A stretch of DNA of 64,000 nucleotides from Octopus sinensis (lineage: Eukaryota), in contig NC_043001.1 of NCBI RefSeq assembly GCF_006345805.1, positions 51,088,001 through 51,152,000 of the forward strand. Direction: 5' to 3'. Of this stretch, positions 61,331 through 64,000 are shown one piece after another (position 1 is the first letter of the stretch; the number at the start of each line of letters is the position of its first letter). A model generated the notes under the pieces. It saw only the letters and a program-made list of their open reading frames with translations, was not told the DNA's origin and made no database searches. The position numbers were made by a program, and so were the translations under genes.

Positions 61331-62387
61331 CAAATAGACTAATTAAATACAAATATATTTTTCAAATTATTTTTGTGTTTAATTCCATATCTAAAATTTT
61401 ATTATACATGCACATGGAAAGCAGTAGTTAAATGATGATTATGATGTACAATATATTCCCTAAAGTAGGGAAATCCTGACATCTTTAGGTGGTAAGGAAG
61501 CCCTAGAGGAAAAAGAAGCATCTCTTAATTGGGAAATATTGAGGAATTTAGTCTAAACAATGTTTTAGTTAGGATGAAATTTCTTTAAACTTTCTTCATG
61601 GAATCTGATGTTTTATATACAAAGCTGGTCATATTTATATACATATATATTTTTTGTGAATACTGGATATGTTTGATATTTTATTGTGCAAATGAAATCC
61701 TTATCAAAAAGTTTTGTGAACAAGCTGATTTCTGTTCTTTTTTTTATTTTTCTTATTGTTAGTAAATTTAAGAAAACCTTCAGTTATTTTTGGCATAAAC
61801 TAGTTTCAGCCTTTTGAAAGAGAAAGACAAAATATTAGTAAACAAATATAATCATTTTTAAAGTAGCAATCTGTATCATGCTTAAAGCATGCACATTGTT
61901 GAAAGCCTGATAAACAGTGATTTTTTCTTGAGACAGTATCTCATAAGGATGTATAGAGTTAAAAATATATCAGTGTCAGATGAAAATCACCCAGCAGCAG
62001 TGGTGGCATTAATAAATATGGATCCCTGCCTCTTTGGGCTTTATCAGTAGCAAATGTCCACAAATCTCTGCATGCTAAGACAAAATTACTGATGTTGCGA
62101 TTAGCCAGCACTGTTTTACTATATCAGTGGTGGCTTATTTTGTCTTAGCAGTTGCTAGTAGACATTTGCAATTGATGAAGATGAAATGCTTTAAGTAGGA
62201 TTAACCTAGTACTACTTCTGCTGTTCATCACAAATTGTTATAGAAATTTTTATGTAGGGGTACTTTGAATTATAGAATATATTTCAAGGAGTCTCCAAAG
62301 GTAAACAGGTTGAGAAATATGTCTCTATGTGCCTGCTCAACATACTTCGGATAGTAAATAGATCTCCTTTAAATCTCACCAATCAGC

Positions 62388-62615
62388 TTAACCCTTTAGC
62401 ATTTAAACTGGCTATATCTGGCCCAAATAATCTTACTGTTTTGTGTTCAAACGGGCCAGATCTAGCCCCTCACACCTACCCAACTTTTGTCATTCTAAAC
62501 ATATACAGTCACATCATTGAACTCTGTTAGCTGTCAGATAATACATGAGTAATTCAAAATAATGTGAATATATAAGCATTACTTTTGATAGAATAATATA
62601 AAATGTTAAAGAATA
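62388..62615. mobile_element. piggyBac-type MITE (degenerate right end)
   Basis: TTAA-CCCTTTAGCATTTAAACTGGC; same family as 28845. Confidence 0.6.
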
Positions 62616-63159
62616 TTATAAATGTTAAGAAAATGTTTCACAAGATATTATAGACTGAGGGACACTATGTTTGAAAAAAATGAAAGATAGACTGTTATAG
62701 AGGAAATGGCTATTGTTCATAGATCTGCTCAGTCTAATCAGGGCCATCTCAACAGCCCTATAAGCAAAGCAAAGTATGGGACCTATAGTATTTATTAACT
62801 GGAAGCAAGTCACAGAATGCATTAAGGTCCCATGACAACTGTCTTGAGTTGGCACCAGATCCACTTGGGGTTAAACAATAATGACGAGAACCATGTCAAC
62901 ACCCTAAACATCTTTCAAACGAGCAGTGCATGTTTTAATCTTAAATTTTTAAAAGTTTTGCTTCAAAAGCCAATATTTGGACAATGATGGAACAAATTCT
63001 TTAATTACAAAACTTAAGATACGAAAAATTGAAAATAATTGAATTGGGTTGATGGCAGGAATGGAGATTATTTAGTGAGTGGGGAGATGTGTTGAATGAT
63101 GTATGCAAAAAAAATAGAAAATCTAAATCAATCGAATTTTACTTTTATTTTATCTTTTA

Positions 63160-63545
63160 TGTTTTACTTGTTTCAGTCATTAGACTGCAGCCATGCTGGG
63201 GCACTGTCTTGAAGAATTTTAGTCAAATGAATCAACCCTAGTCTTTTTTTTTTTTTTTTTGTTACACTTGGTACTTATTCTATTAGTTTCTTTTGCTGAA
63301 CAGCTAAGTTATGGGGATGTAAACTCATCAACACTGGTTGTCAAGTAGTGGTAGGGACCCCCCCACACACACACATGCACATACACACACACATGCACAT
63401 ACACACACACCAGTTTCTGTCTACCAAATCCACTCACAAAGTTTTGGTTGGCCTGAGACTATAGAAGACACTTACTCAAGGTGCTACACAGTGGGGATGA
63501 ACCCACAACCATGTGGTTAGGAAGCAAACTTTTTACCACAGAGCC
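63160..63545 (-). mobile_element. SINE family A
   Basis: ttttacttgtttcagtcatt...ggaagcaaactttttaccacagagcc. Confidence 0.8.
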
Positions 63546-64000
63546 AAAAATATATAAATCTAATGATAAGTGCTAGCACCTTTCAGGAAAAAGAAAGGAA
63601 GAATTTATTTCACACAAAAAACTGACCTTACAAGCTCAGGGAAAAAACATCTTTGCTAACATTCATGCTGATAGCTTCAGATATGTTTCTGTCTTATTAG
63701 ACTTTATCAGAAAAGCATAGTCTTCTCAAACCTGCTTTAATTAGTGGACAGATTTCTTTTTCAAGTAAAAATAGCATTGGGAAGACATTTGCATCAAAAT
63801 AACTTGCATAATTGCAGAAAGAGAAATATGGGAAATAACTCAAATAGACTTCAATGGCATTAATTTTAATCAGTCATGGACAAACTGAATGGCATGCCAC
63901 ATGAAAAATTACTTTGAATCTTTTTAGCAGTGTGGACCACCTGAAGATGAGCGGTGATTCATGTTGCCTACTTCTCAGAAAAGGATGACCAAAGTGCACC

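Noticed and set aside
60560-62050. Candidate terminal exons for the host gene (acceptors near 60578, 61762 and 61936)
   Set aside because: Several give short stop-containing frames; none can be preferred from sequence alone.

Overview
AT-rich, microsatellite-dense eukaryotic DNA. The SINE and RTE repeat families look like those I recall from coleoid cephalopods (Octopus); this attribution is inference from memory, not a database hit. I found no CRISPR array, rRNA gene or intact tRNA gene. The backbone is one + strand multi-exon gene, largely missed by the ORF track. Ten GT-AG exons (17225-60178, 1417 nt) splice in compatible phases into a protein with HYR, Sushi-like, SEA-like (RKKR furin site), two GCC2/GCC3 domains, a transmembrane helix and a short tail. 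Its 5' exons and stop codon were not located. Nearly everything else is transposon or tandem repeat. Bases ~345-11860 are an 84/120-bp satellite interrupted by a SINE, a Helitron, an LTR with PBS, a structured GC-rich island, a CCCH-finger CR1-like LINE and a Merlin fragment. Further on are three Tx1-type L1 elements, stacked Penelope fragments, RTE copies with a 62-bp VNTR, mariner, Helitron and piggyBac-type pieces, and several SINE families. The best leads are: (1) a 3' tail shared by a Tx1 LINE, a SINE family and an ORF1-only Tx1 derivative, the last inserted with a 15-bp TSD into the tRNA-like head of another SINE; (2) a 230-bp island carrying hammerhead ribozyme core motifs in a non-canonical strand order.
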